Of a stretch of 32,000 bases of DNA, positions 8,339 through 16,489 are shown one piece after another (within the stretch, counting starts at the first letter, position 1; each line of letters starts with the position of its first letter). Source of the DNA: Aliivibrio fischeri ES114 (GTDB lineage Bacteria > Pseudomonadota > Gammaproteobacteria > Enterobacterales > Vibrionaceae); the NCBI RefSeq assembly GCF_000011805.1, contig NC_006840.2; one strand, 5' to 3'. Below the pieces are notes generated by a model. The model had not been told where the DNA came from, made no database searches, and saw only the letters and a list, made by a program, of their open reading frames with translations. The translations under genes and the position numbers were made by a program.

Positions 8339-10180
8339 ATGGATCAAAATCCGCAGTCACAGCTAAAATTACTTGTAATCAAAGGCAAGGAACAAGGCTA
8401 CCTGACCTACGCAGAAGTTAACGATCACCTACCAGAAGAGATTGTCGATTCTGAGCAGGTTGAAGATATTATCCAAATGATCAATGACATGGGTATCAAA
8501 GTGGTAGAAACCGCTCCTGATGCTGATGACATGTCATTAAATGATGATGATGCCGTAACTGATGAAGATGCAGCAGAAGCCGCTGCAGCAGCACTATCAA
8601 GTGTAGAAAGTGAAATTGGCCGTACAACTGACCCAGTACGTATGTACATGCGTGAAATGGGCACAGTTGAACTTCTTACTCGTGAAGGCGAAATTGACAT
8701 CGCTAAACGTATTGAAGAAGGTATCAACGAAGTTCAGTGTTCTGTTGCTGAATTCCCTGGCGCTATTTCATACTTACTAGAACAGTTTGACAAAGTACAA
8801 ACTGAAGAAATTCGTTTAACTGACATTATTTCAGGATTTGTTGATCCAAATGATGACGGTTCGTCTGCACCAACAGCAACTCATATCGGTTCTGAATTAA
8901 GCGAATCTGAGCTTGATGATGAAGATGATGAAGATGCAGAAGGTGAAACGGAAGAAGAAGAAGATGCAGGTATCGACCCTGAACTTGCTCTAGAGAAATT
9001 CACAGAGCTTCGAACTTCTTACCACAACATGCAATTAGCATTTGAAGAATTTGGTCGCGATGATGCAAAATCACGCGAAGCGATTGGTGAATTAACGGAT
9101 ATTTTCCGTGAGTTTAAACTGATCCCTAAACAATTCGACTACCTAGTAAAAGAAATGCGTGATGGTATGGATCGTGTTCGTACACAAGAGCGCCTAATTA
9201 TGCGTATGTGTGTTGAATACGGAAAAATGCCTAAGAAATCATTCATTGCACTGTTCACAGGTAATGAATCTTCTGATGAGTGGTTCAATGAAATTATGGC
9301 TTCAGATAAGCCATATGTTGAGCGTCTACAACGTTACGAAGAAGATATTCGCCGCTCTATCGCAAAACTAGATAGCATCGAAAAAGAAACAGGTTTACCT
9401 GTAGAGAATATTAAAGACATCAGCCGTCGTATGTCTATCGGTGAAGCAAAAGCTCGCCGTGCGAAAAAAGAGATGGTTGAAGCAAACTTACGTCTTGTAA
9501 TCTCTATTGCTAAAAAATACACAAACCGTGGTCTTCAATTCCTAGATCTTATCCAAGAGGGTAACATTGGTCTAATGAAGGCAGTAGATAAGTTTGAATA
9601 CCGCCGTGGTTACAAATTCTCTACTTACGCTACATGGTGGATCCGTCAAGCTATCACTCGTTCGATTGCTGACCAAGCACGTACGATCCGTATTCCAGTA
9701 CACATGATCGAAACGATCAATAAACTGAATCGTATCTCGCGTCAAATGCTACAAGAAATGGGCCGTGAACCACTACCTGAAGAGCTTGCTGAACGCATGC
9801 AAATGCCAGAAGACAAGATCCGTAAGGTTCTGAAGATCGCTAAAGAGCCTATCTCAATGGAAACACCAATCGGTGATGATGAAGATTCGCACCTAGGTGA
9901 TTTCATCGAGGATAACACGCTTGAACTACCAGTGGACTCAGCTACATCAACTAGCTTGAAGTTTGCTACAAATGATGTTCTTGCAGGTTTAACTCCTCGT
10001 GAAGCAAAAGTGCTTCGTATGCGTTTTGGTATCGACATGAATACTGACCATACTCTAGAAGAAGTGGGTAAACAATTTGATGTAACACGTGAGCGTATTC
10101 GTCAAATCGAAGCAAAAGCGCTTCGTAAACTGCGTCACCCAAGTCGTTCTGAAGTATTACGTAGCTTCTTAGACGAATAA
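8339..10180 (+). CDS. rpoD: RNA polymerase primary sigma factor sigma70
   Basis: 613 aa from ATG 8339 ([33 protein letters not shown]). It has an acidic non-conserved region, region 2 ([52 protein letters not shown]) and region 4 ([29 protein letters not shown]). The track's 8270 start is an unsupported non-ATG extension. Confidence 0.97.
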   Translation: MDQNPQSQLKLLVIKGKEQGYLTYAEVNDHLPEEIVDSEQVEDIIQMINDMGIKVVETAPDADDMSLNDDDAVTDEDAAEAAAAALSSVESEIGRTTDPVRMYMREMGTVELLTREGEIDIAKRIEEGINEVQCSVAEFPGAISYLLEQFDKVQTEEIRLTDIISGFVDPNDDGSSAPTATHIGSELSESELDDEDDEDAEGETEEEEDAGIDPELALEKFTELRTSYHNMQLAFEEFGRDDAKSREAIGELTDIFREFKLIPKQFDYLVKEMRDGMDRVRTQERLIMRMCVEYGKMPKKSFIALFTGNESSDEWFNEIMASDKPYVERLQRYEEDIRRSIAKLDSIEKETGLPVENIKDISRRMSIGEAKARRAKKEMVEANLRLVISIAKKYTNRGLQFLDLIQEGNIGLMKAVDKFEYRRGYKFSTYATWWIRQAITRSIADQARTIRIPVHMIETINKLNRISRQMLQEMGREPLPEELAERMQMPEDKIRKVLKIAKEPISMETPIGDDEDSHLGDFIEDNTLELPVDSATSTSLKFATNDVLAGLTPREAKVLRMRFGIDMNTDHTLEEVGKQFDVTRERIRQIEAKALRKLRHPSRSEVLRSFLDE

Positions 10181-10209
10181 TTAAACACGATTATTTGTTA
10201 ATAGAATCA

Positions 10210-10237
10210 AAAAGGTGGGCTTAGGTTCACCTTTTTT
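10210..10237 (+). terminator. Rho-independent terminator after rpoD
   Basis: AAAAGGTG...CACCTTTT stem (8 bp) with a 10-nt loop, followed by a TTTTTT run, about 30 nt after the rpoD stop. Confidence 0.7.
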
Positions 10238-10290
10238 CGATCTGAACGCATATTTTCAATCAACTGATTAAAAAGCAGACGCCTTATGTC

Positions 10291-10319
10291 TAGACACTGT
10301 TTTCATCTTCCCCTATAAT
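10291..10319 (+). promoter_or_regulatory. Candidate sigma70 promoter of the tRNA gene
   Basis: TAGACA (10291-10296), 17 nt, TATAAT (10314-10319), ending 14 nt before the mature tRNA 5' end. Confidence 0.6.
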
Positions 10320-10333
10320 CAACCACCTACAAA

Positions 10334-10409
10334 GGCCCCTTAGCTCAGTGGTTAGAGCGCACGACTCATAATCGTTCGGTCCCCAGTTCAAATCTGGGAG
10401 GGGCCACCA
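10334..10409 (+). tRNA. ileX: tRNA with CAU anticodon, most likely tRNA-Ile2 (lysidine-modified, ileX-type) rather than tRNA-Met
   Basis: 76 nt and folds by hand. Acceptor GGCCCCT/AGGGGCC, D-arm GCTC-AGTGGTTA-GAGC, anticodon loop CTCATAA, T-arm CCCAG-TTCAAAT-CTGGG, discriminator A, encoded CCA. G1-C72 pairs and the anticodon stem lacks three consecutive G-C pairs, so it is not an initiator. C4-G69 and C5-G68 are present; as I recall, these are TilS determinants. The 5' 25 nt match my recollection of E. coli ileX, which also lies just downstream of rpoD. Confidence 0.85.
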
Positions 10410-10413
10410 AATT

Positions 10414-10453
10414 AAAAAAGGCTGATGAGTATTTTTACTTATCAGCCTTTTTG
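10414..10453. terminator. Bidirectional rho-independent terminator (tRNA on +, small ORF on -)
   Basis: GGCTGATGAGT (10420-10430) pairs with ACTTATCAGCC (10437-10447), an 11-bp stem with one G-T pair. An A-run lies upstream and TTTTTGCTTTTT downstream. Confidence 0.8.
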
Positions 10454-10457
10454 CTTT

Positions 10458-10607
10458 TTATTTTATCTTCTTTTTTTTGACGATGAATAAGTAGCCCATC
10501 AAAAGTAAAAATATTGATAGTTCTATCGCCGCTCTCATTAAACCTGAAGTACATACTGCGACAATAATTAATATAGTAACAATCGCCAATAATCCTTTTT
10601 TATTCAT
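10458..10607 (-). CDS. Hypothetical small membrane protein (49 aa from the ATG at 10607; start uncertain, ORF open to 10646)
   Basis: MNKKGLLAIVTILIIVAVCTSGLMRAAIELSIFLLLMGYLFIVKKKKIK has two hydrophobic segments and a lysine-rich tail. AGGA lies 8 nt upstream of the ATG, and the ORF ends at the bidirectional terminator. I recognise no homology. Confidence 0.3.
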   Translation of the reverse strand: MNKKGLLAIVTILIIVAVCTSGLMRAAIELSIFLLLMGYLFIVKKKKIK

Positions 10608-10672
10608 ATACTCCATCCTAGAAATAACCCAAAGACTATTATTCAAGATCCTTTCAATAATGAAAAATAGCT

Positions 10673-10707
10673 AATCGCACTATCAAAGAACCAATTGCAC
10701 TATCAAT
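10673..10707. repeat. Two 15-bp direct repeats with 20-bp phasing upstream of the OMP gene (possible regulator binding sites)
   Basis: AATCGCACTATCAAA (10673-10687) and AATTGCACTATCAAT (10693-10707) share 13 of 15 positions. They lie 85-120 nt upstream of the ATG at 10792. Confidence 0.6.
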
Positions 10708-10791
10708 AGATCACAAAAAAGCATTAATAATTTGGATATCAAATAAAGCTACCTATACTGATTGATAATTACTTTGATTATGGAGCAATCA

Positions 10792-11412
10792 ATGAAACGG
10801 ATATTTCTTCCCCTCCTTATCTCAACCCTCTCTTTCCATACGTTTGCCAACGATAATACGGACGTATCTCAACCTAAAATAAGCGGTTTTTATGCTGGGG
10901 TAGGTTTTGGATCATTTGGTTACTCTGAAGAAGATTCTTGGGGGTATAGTAATAACCCCATTTCAGCTGAAGCCGATGGCAACTCAACAAAAGTCTATTT
11001 AGGATATCAATTTAATAAGATTGTCGGTATTGAAGGAACCTATACAAACTATGGAGAAGCGAAGGCAAAAGTAGGTAACTATTCAATGAAGCCAAGCTCT
11101 ATTTCTTTAGCAGCAAACTTAGGGTATACCTTTAAAAACGGCATCAGACCCTTTGGACTCGTTGGTATGTCGAGTTTAGATTTAAATCAAAGTGAAGAGT
11201 TACTCACTGATGATAGCGGAGCCGCTTTTAAGTTTGGGTTTGGTGTTGAATACACCCCAAAAGCATTAGGTGGCGTTCAATTCAGAGCGGCTTATGAGAT
11301 GGACATGTATGCCGTTGAGTACCTTGATTATCAAAGTGGTTCAGGATTAACAACAGAAACGAATTTATATGCCTTAGACTCTTTATATCTTGGTGCTTCT
11401 TATAAGTTCTAA
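10792..11412 (+). CDS. Small outer-membrane beta-barrel protein (OmpA-like/OmpX-like barrel family)
   Basis: 206 aa from ATG 10792, with GGAG 6 nt upstream. Signal peptide MKRIFLPLLISTLSFHTFA|NDN. Alternating aromatic/hydrophobic beta-strand pattern (YAGVGFG, KVYLGYQF, GIEGTYTNYG, FKFGFGVEY) and a C-terminal ...GASYKF with terminal Phe, typical of OMPs. The track's 10762 start is a TTG extension. Confidence 0.8.
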   Translation: MKRIFLPLLISTLSFHTFANDNTDVSQPKISGFYAGVGFGSFGYSEEDSWGYSNNPISAEADGNSTKVYLGYQFNKIVGIEGTYTNYGEAKAKVGNYSMKPSSISLAANLGYTFKNGIRPFGLVGMSSLDLNQSEELLTDDSGAAFKFGFGVEYTPKALGGVQFRAAYEMDMYAVEYLDYQSGSGLTTETNLYALDSLYLGASYKF

Positions 11413-11557
11413 TCATTAAATAGAGCATTGGTATCTCATATCTTTGCTCTTATTCTTAATATAATCAATAAAATGTTTTTTTCCTCTCTGCTTTTATTTC
11501 TTTCTTGATATACACTTCCTTATATTCAATATTAACTAATAACAATAAAGGTTATCT

Positions 11558-13102
11558 ATGTACAATTTAGCCAATAATCTTGAGCGTAATGCAACTTTTC
11601 GTCCAAACAACATCGCTTTGATCTTTCAAGAGCAGAAGATTACTTACCAAGAATTAAATCAAAAAGTAAATGCTATTGCAGATCACTTACATCAATTAAA
11701 TATAAAACCAAATGAAAAAATCGCCCTGTCTTGCCCTAACACCCCTGAATTCGTTATTGCTTATTATGCTATTCAAAAAATAGGTGCGGTTGTTGTTCCT
11801 TTAAATGTCATGTTAAAAGGCGAGGAAGTTGCTTATCACTTAAAAGACTCAGATGCCGTCGCTCTAATTTCATATCAAGGTTCTGATGCGATGCCTATCG
11901 GTCAATTTGGCTACGAAGGCTACACTAAAGCTGATTTTTGTGAGCATTTTATTCTTATCGAAACCGCTCCTGTATCTAAAAAGCCAGCCGAAGCACACTC
12001 TTTTAATCAGTGGTTAGAAACGGGCAGAAAAACCTTCGAAACCGTTTATCGCTCAGCAGAAGATAGCTGCGTAATCCTGTACACATCAGGCACAACAGGT
12101 GCAGCAAAAGGAGCAGAGCTTAGCCAAAGTAATATGTTATGTAATGCACAAGCTTGCCAAGCACTAACCAATCAAAAAGGCACTGATGTCAGCATCGCTA
12201 TACTTCCTCTGTTCCACACCTTTGGTCAATCCCTAATAATGAACACCTCTATCCTTGCAGGTAGTGCTTTAGTTCTGATTTCTCGCTTTGTACCAAAAAC
12301 AGTAGTTCAACAAATACATGAACATAAGGTAACGCACTTAGCTGGTGTTCCAACTATGTTTATTGGTCTATTAGCGTACGCTGAAAAACACCCTGGCGCT
12401 TACCTTAAAGAAATAGCACAAACATTAAAAGTTGCTATCTCTGGTGGTGCTTCTATGCCTGTTGAGGTATTGAAACAATTTGAAGAGAAGCTACAAGTTC
12501 CTGTTATTGAAGGCTATGGCTTATCTGAATCATCTCCTGTTGCCGCATTTAACCACTTAGAATTTGAGCGTAAACCAGGCAGTATTGGTCAACCGTTACC
12601 TGGCGTAACCATGAAAGTGGTAGATAAAAATGGACACGAAGTTCCGACAGGTCAAGAAGGCGAACTCGTTATTCGTGGTCATAACGTAATGAAAGGATAT
12701 TATAAAAAACCACAAGAGACGGCAAAAACGATAATCAATGGTTGGCTTCATACTGGCGACATTGTTCGCTTTGATGATGAAGGATATATCTATGTTGTTG
12801 ATCGTTTAAAAGAACTGATCATTAGCGGTGGTTACAATATTTATCCACGAGAAGTCGAAGAGGTATATATGAGTCACCCTTCTGTGCATCTTGTCGCGGT
12901 CATTGGCGTTGAACATCCTCGTTTTGGTGAAGAAGTGAAAGCTTTTGTCATTCTAAAAGAGGGGCACTCTATTTCAGAAAAAGAATTAATCAAATGGAGT
13001 CGCCAACATTTAGCTGATTATAAATGCCCTAAACATCTTGATATTGTTGAAGCTTTACCTATGACAGCAACAGGTAAAATTCTAAAAAGAATGCTGAAAT
13101 AA
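11558..13102 (+). CDS. AMP-dependent acyl-CoA synthetase/ligase (medium/long-chain fatty-acid--CoA ligase family)
   Basis: 514 aa. AMP-binding motif YTSGTTGAAKGAEL, plus GEL-IRG, GWLHTGDI, DRLKELIISGGYNIYPREVE and a C-terminal catalytic-Lys region (GKILKR). Substrate cannot be assigned from sequence alone. Confidence 0.85.
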   Translation: MYNLANNLERNATFRPNNIALIFQEQKITYQELNQKVNAIADHLHQLNIKPNEKIALSCPNTPEFVIAYYAIQKIGAVVVPLNVMLKGEEVAYHLKDSDAVALISYQGSDAMPIGQFGYEGYTKADFCEHFILIETAPVSKKPAEAHSFNQWLETGRKTFETVYRSAEDSCVILYTSGTTGAAKGAELSQSNMLCNAQACQALTNQKGTDVSIAILPLFHTFGQSLIMNTSILAGSALVLISRFVPKTVVQQIHEHKVTHLAGVPTMFIGLLAYAEKHPGAYLKEIAQTLKVAISGGASMPVEVLKQFEEKLQVPVIEGYGLSESSPVAAFNHLEFERKPGSIGQPLPGVTMKVVDKNGHEVPTGQEGELVIRGHNVMKGYYKKPQETAKTIINGWLHTGDIVRFDDEGYIYVVDRLKELIISGGYNIYPREVEEVYMSHPSVHLVAVIGVEHPRFGEEVKAFVILKEGHSISEKELIKWSRQHLADYKCPKHLDIVEALPMTATGKILKRMLK

Positions 13103-13184
13103 CCGCTACTACTTAGCAAGTATATTCCCATAATAAAAATAAGGTATATACTTGCTACATTCATTTCATTACTGGACAAATATT

Positions 13185-13586
13185 ATGTCAAAGAAAACAG
13201 ATAATGGTATTTGGTTTGCTTATATTGCAAGCCTACTAACTCCAATCACTCTTATGGTTTCAGGAATTATTGCAATCATTTATGCGGGCTACCAAATGAA
13301 TAAAGGCACTAATGATGAAGTCATCGATAGTCACTACTACGCGATCATTAAAAGCTTTTTCCTTTTTCTTACATTTTTCGTTGTTTTAGCAGTAACGGCT
13401 GCAACAATGAGTGGTATGGCTGCGGGTCTCGATTACTGGGTAGATAGCTCTATCCTTGATAAAGTTTATGCTGCTATTCCAGTTGTTGGTGCAGTAATCT
13501 CAGTTCTTGCTATTGGTACTTGGTTCGTTAAATTAGCGAAAGGTATGCAAAAACTTAAAGCATATCAACCAATTGAAAATCAATAA
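13185..13586 (+). CDS. Hypothetical integral membrane protein (about 133 aa; alternative TTG start at 13152)
   Basis: MSKKTDNGIWFAYIASLLTPITLMVSGIIAIIYAGY... has 3-4 predicted hydrophobic helices and is followed directly by a terminator. No good SD precedes ATG 13185. TTG 13152 has AAGG 7 nt upstream, so the start is ambiguous. Confidence 0.6.
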   Translation: MSKKTDNGIWFAYIASLLTPITLMVSGIIAIIYAGYQMNKGTNDEVIDSHYYAIIKSFFLFLTFFVVLAVTAATMSGMAAGLDYWVDSSILDKVYAAIPVVGAVISVLAIGTWFVKLAKGMQKLKAYQPIENQ

Positions 13587-13589
13587 TAT

Positions 13590-13617
13590 AAAGGCACTCA
13601 ATGTGCCTTTTTTATTT
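13590..13617 (+). terminator. Rho-independent terminator
   Basis: AAAGGCAC-TCAAT-GTGCCTTT followed by a T-run (TTTTTTATTT), 4 nt after the stop codon. Confidence 0.75.
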
Positions 13618-13971
13618 CGAGTTATAAAATAAATATTTGACGAAGATCATACTAACTAGAAAGTGATCTTCACGGATTTTACTGTTAGAATTTGCGTCAA
13701 AATAGATAGAAACTTACGAAAAAGACATGTTCGAAATTATGTCGAGTAATGTAAATTTGATTTTAATATTGTGATTAAAGTACAAATTGTTTACCTGAAT
13801 CAATAATCCATTACTCTTTTCGAGCTAAAATACAGGTAATTACTGAATTTCAATGCTTAGCTATCGTGTTATTTGAAGATAAAATTGTTGTAATTTTTCA
13901 ACACTTCAAACATTAGCTGGGCATTACTGCGTTTATCATTTTAAATATACTCATCTGGAGAGATTTCTCAC

Positions 13972-15384
13972 ATGAAAAAGACCAAAATCGTTTGTACGAT
14001 CGGCCCAAAAACTGAATCAGTTGAAAAACTAACTGAACTAGCAAATGCTGGTATGAACGTTATGCGCCTAAACTTCTCACACGGCGACTTCGCAGAACAC
14101 GGCCAACGTATTGATAACGTACGTCAAGTAATGAAAAACACTGGTAAACAACTTGCTATTCTTCTTGATACTAAAGGTCCTGAAATCCGTACAATCAAAC
14201 TAGAAAACGGCGACGATGTTGCTCTAGTTGCAGGTCAAGATTTCACATTCACAACAGATACTTCAGTTGTTGGTAATAAAGACGTTGTTGCTGTTACTTA
14301 CCCAGGTTTTGCAAACGACCTTGAAGTTGGTAACACTATCCTTGTTGATGACGGCCTAATCGAAATGGAAGTTGTTGCGACAACTGAAACTGAAGTTAAG
14401 TGTAAAGTTCTTAACAACGGTGACCTAGGCGAAAACAAAGGTGTTAACCTTCCTGGCGTTTCTGTTCAACTTCCAGCTCTATCTGAAAAAGATAAAGCTG
14501 ACCTTAAATTTGGTTGTGAGCAAGGCGTTGATTTCGTTGCTGCTTCTTTCATTCGTAAAGAAGAAGACGTTAAAGAAATCCGTGAACTACTTGTTGCTAA
14601 CGGCGGCGAGAACATTCAAATCATCTCTAAGATTGAAAACCAAGAAGGTGTTGATAACTTCGATTCAATCCTAGAAGCTTCTGACGGTATCATGGTTGCT
14701 CGTGGTGACCTTGGTGTTGAAATCCCAGTTGAAGAAGTAATCTTCGCTCAGAAGATGATGATCGAGAAATGTAACCGTGCACGTAAAGTTGTAATCACTG
14801 CAACTCAAATGCTTGATTCTATGATCAAAAACCCACGTCCAACTCGTGCTGAAGCGGGTGACGTTGCGAACGCAATCATGGATGGTACTGATGCTGTAAT
14901 GCTTTCAGGTGAATCTGCTAAAGGTAAATACCCAGTTGAAGCTGTAACTATTATGGCTCAAATCTGTGCTCGTACTGACGCAGCTCTTAAAGCAGAACTA
15001 GGTTCTCGTCTAGATAGCCCACGTCTACGTATCACTGAAGCGGTATGTAAAGGTGCAGTAGATACAGCTGAGAAACTAAACGCTCCTGTTATCGTTGTTG
15101 CAACTGAAGCTGGTAAATCAGCTCGTTCAATCCGTAAATACTTCCCAACAGCTAAAATCATCGCTGTAACTACTAATACTAAGACTGCTGCACAACTATG
15201 TCTTTCTAAAGGTATTACTCCAATGATCGTTGATTCAATCGATAGCACTGACGCATTCTACCTACGTGGTAAAGAGTTAGCTCTTGAATCAGGTATTGGC
15301 GCTAAAGGCGATATCGTTGTTATGGTTTCTGGTGCTCTAGTTCCATCTGGTACTACAAACACAGCTTCTGTACACGTTCTATAA
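13972..15384 (+). CDS. pykF: Pyruvate kinase I
   Basis: 470 aa. [47 protein letters not shown] closely parallels E. coli PykF. Codon usage looks strongly biased, as for highly expressed genes. SD GGAGAG lies upstream. Confidence 0.95.
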   Translation: MKKTKIVCTIGPKTESVEKLTELANAGMNVMRLNFSHGDFAEHGQRIDNVRQVMKNTGKQLAILLDTKGPEIRTIKLENGDDVALVAGQDFTFTTDTSVVGNKDVVAVTYPGFANDLEVGNTILVDDGLIEMEVVATTETEVKCKVLNNGDLGENKGVNLPGVSVQLPALSEKDKADLKFGCEQGVDFVAASFIRKEEDVKEIRELLVANGGENIQIISKIENQEGVDNFDSILEASDGIMVARGDLGVEIPVEEVIFAQKMMIEKCNRARKVVITATQMLDSMIKNPRPTRAEAGDVANAIMDGTDAVMLSGESAKGKYPVEAVTIMAQICARTDAALKAELGSRLDSPRLRITEAVCKGAVDTAEKLNAPVIVVATEAGKSARSIRKYFPTAKIIAVTTNTKTAAQLCLSKGITPMIVDSIDSTDAFYLRGKELALESGIGAKGDIVVMVSGALVPSGTTNTASVHVL

Positions 15385-15420
15385 TTCATTGAATTTATAA
15401 ACAAGTATAACGAGTTAATA

Positions 15421-15447
15421 AAAAGAGGGCTTTCGCCCTCTTTTTTT
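15421..15447 (+). terminator. Rho-independent terminator after pykF
   Basis: AAAAGAGGGC-TTTC-GCCCTCTTTT followed by a run of 7 T. Confidence 0.85.
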
Positions 15448-15524
15448 ATGAAATTTTCTTGCCCAAAACAAACAATACGCTATACTATCAACCAATATTA
15501 ACCGCACGCCAAATTGTATATAAG

Positions 15525-16187
15525 ATGTCTAGCTTAACTCTCACTGATAAAGTTTCAAAAATGATCCACCAAGATATTCTCTCTGGAAAATTAAAACCTG
15601 GTCAGAAACTGGTCGTTGCTGAATTAAAAGAACGCTATAACGTAGGAGCATCCCCTATTCGTGAAGCTCTGGTTCAATTATCTTGGAATAAATACGTCAA
15701 ACTTGAACCTCAAAAAGGATGTTGGGTTGCGTCTATTTCCCTTAGTGAGCTTAAAGAATTATTTGAAAGTTTACGTACTATAGGCCAAGTTTTATTAGCA
15801 AAGGCCATCACTAACGGTAATGAGAATTGGGAATTAAACGTACTAACTAGTTTCCATAAATTAAACAAAATTAATCTACAAGATGCGAAAATAGAAGAGT
15901 TAAGAGAATGGGAAAATAGATACACTGATTTCCATAATTCACTTCTAGAAGGGGCTCAATCCCCTATTATGTATCAGTTCTATCAAGATATATCCCATCA
16001 AATCACACGCTACCGCCATTTAAATAATAACCCTCAAGTGATCAGTGAAACCTATGCTCAATATTTAGAAGAGCATGAAATTATGATGAAGCTCACTTTG
16101 TCACGTGATTCAGAACAAGCCATCAAATATTTAAATAATCATTACTCGAAAGCCAGTGATCTTATATCAACCTACTTTTCGGCTTAA
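15525..16187 (+). CDS. GntR-family transcriptional regulator, FadR/FCD subfamily
   Basis: 220 aa from ATG 15525. The N-terminal winged HTH (LKPGQKLVVAELKERYNVGASPIREALVQL) is followed by an all-helical FCD-like domain. The pattern resembles CsiR/GlaR-type regulators (from memory, not verified). The track's 15459 start is a TTG extension. Confidence 0.85.
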   Translation: MSSLTLTDKVSKMIHQDILSGKLKPGQKLVVAELKERYNVGASPIREALVQLSWNKYVKLEPQKGCWVASISLSELKELFESLRTIGQVLLAKAITNGNENWELNVLTSFHKLNKINLQDAKIEELREWENRYTDFHNSLLEGAQSPIMYQFYQDISHQITRYRHLNNNPQVISETYAQYLEEHEIMMKLTLSRDSEQAIKYLNNHYSKASDLISTYFSA

Positions 16188-16192
16188 GAGAT

Positions 16193-16223
16193 AAAAAAAC
16201 CAGGCAAATGCCTGGTTTTTTTT
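16193..16223. terminator. Bidirectional rho-independent terminator
   Basis: An A7 run, CCAGGCA-AA-TGCCTGG, then a T8 run. It can serve the + strand regulator gene and the minus-strand small ORF or diguanylate cyclase unit. Confidence 0.85.
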
Positions 16224-16232
16224 ATTGAAAAT

Positions 16233-16364
16233 TCACCACCCAAAAAACTCTTTATTATGGGTACTGATTAACAATACCATTAATAAAAAATAAATTGCGC
16301 TTAATTTAAAACCTAAAATGGCTAAACTACCTACCGTGAGTCTTACTAAAAAATCAGTAAACAT
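16233..16364 (-). CDS. Candidate small hydrophobic protein (43 aa), below the ORF-track length cutoff
   Basis: Manual translation: MFTDFLVRLTVGSLAILGFKLSAIYFLLMVLLISTHNKEFFGW*. A strong SD (GAGGTGG) precedes the ATG (GTGAGGTGGATATG). It ends 10 nt before the bidirectional terminator. I recognise no homology. Confidence 0.35.
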   Translation of the reverse strand: MFTDFLVRLTVGSLAILGFKLSAIYFLLMVLLISTHNKEFFGW

Positions 16365-16489
16365 ATCCACCTCACTTCATTCTCAAGCCTTTAATGTTAC
16401 TTAATCAAGTAATGTCTAATTAGACTTATGTATCGGTAATGGTAAGTATAGACAAGGTTAGACTTTAGTCTAATAACTCTTTTATCCCT

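Noticed and set aside
8425-10038. Three minus-strand ORFs inside rpoD (8425-8727, 9334-9522, 9742-10038)
   Set aside because: They are antisense to rpoD. The Ser/Ala-rich sequences are the mirror image of the acidic GAA/GAT-rich sigma70 spacer region.
10410-13600. tRNA-associated genomic island downstream of ileX
   Set aside because: There is no integrase or recombinase gene and no direct repeat of the tRNA 3' end that I could find. Composition is not visibly different from the flanks. I kept it only as a synteny-break observation.
13795-13856. Cra/FruR operator upstream of pykF
   Set aside because: Only TGAATC/TGAATT half-sites are present. Neither extends to the full TGAAWC-GWTTCA palindrome, so I cannot call a site.
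14441-15248. ORFs 14441-14674 (+) and 14958-15248 (-) inside pykF
   Set aside because: They are alternative-frame or antisense ORFs within a highly conserved, codon-biased pyruvate kinase gene.
16318-16404. 28-aa + strand ORF (MAKLPTVSLTKKSVNISTSLHSQAFNVT) antisense to the 43-codon candidate
   Set aside because: It has no SD and a hydrophilic, non-descript sequence. The opposite-strand ORF has a far better ribosome-binding site and a coherent hydrophobic profile.
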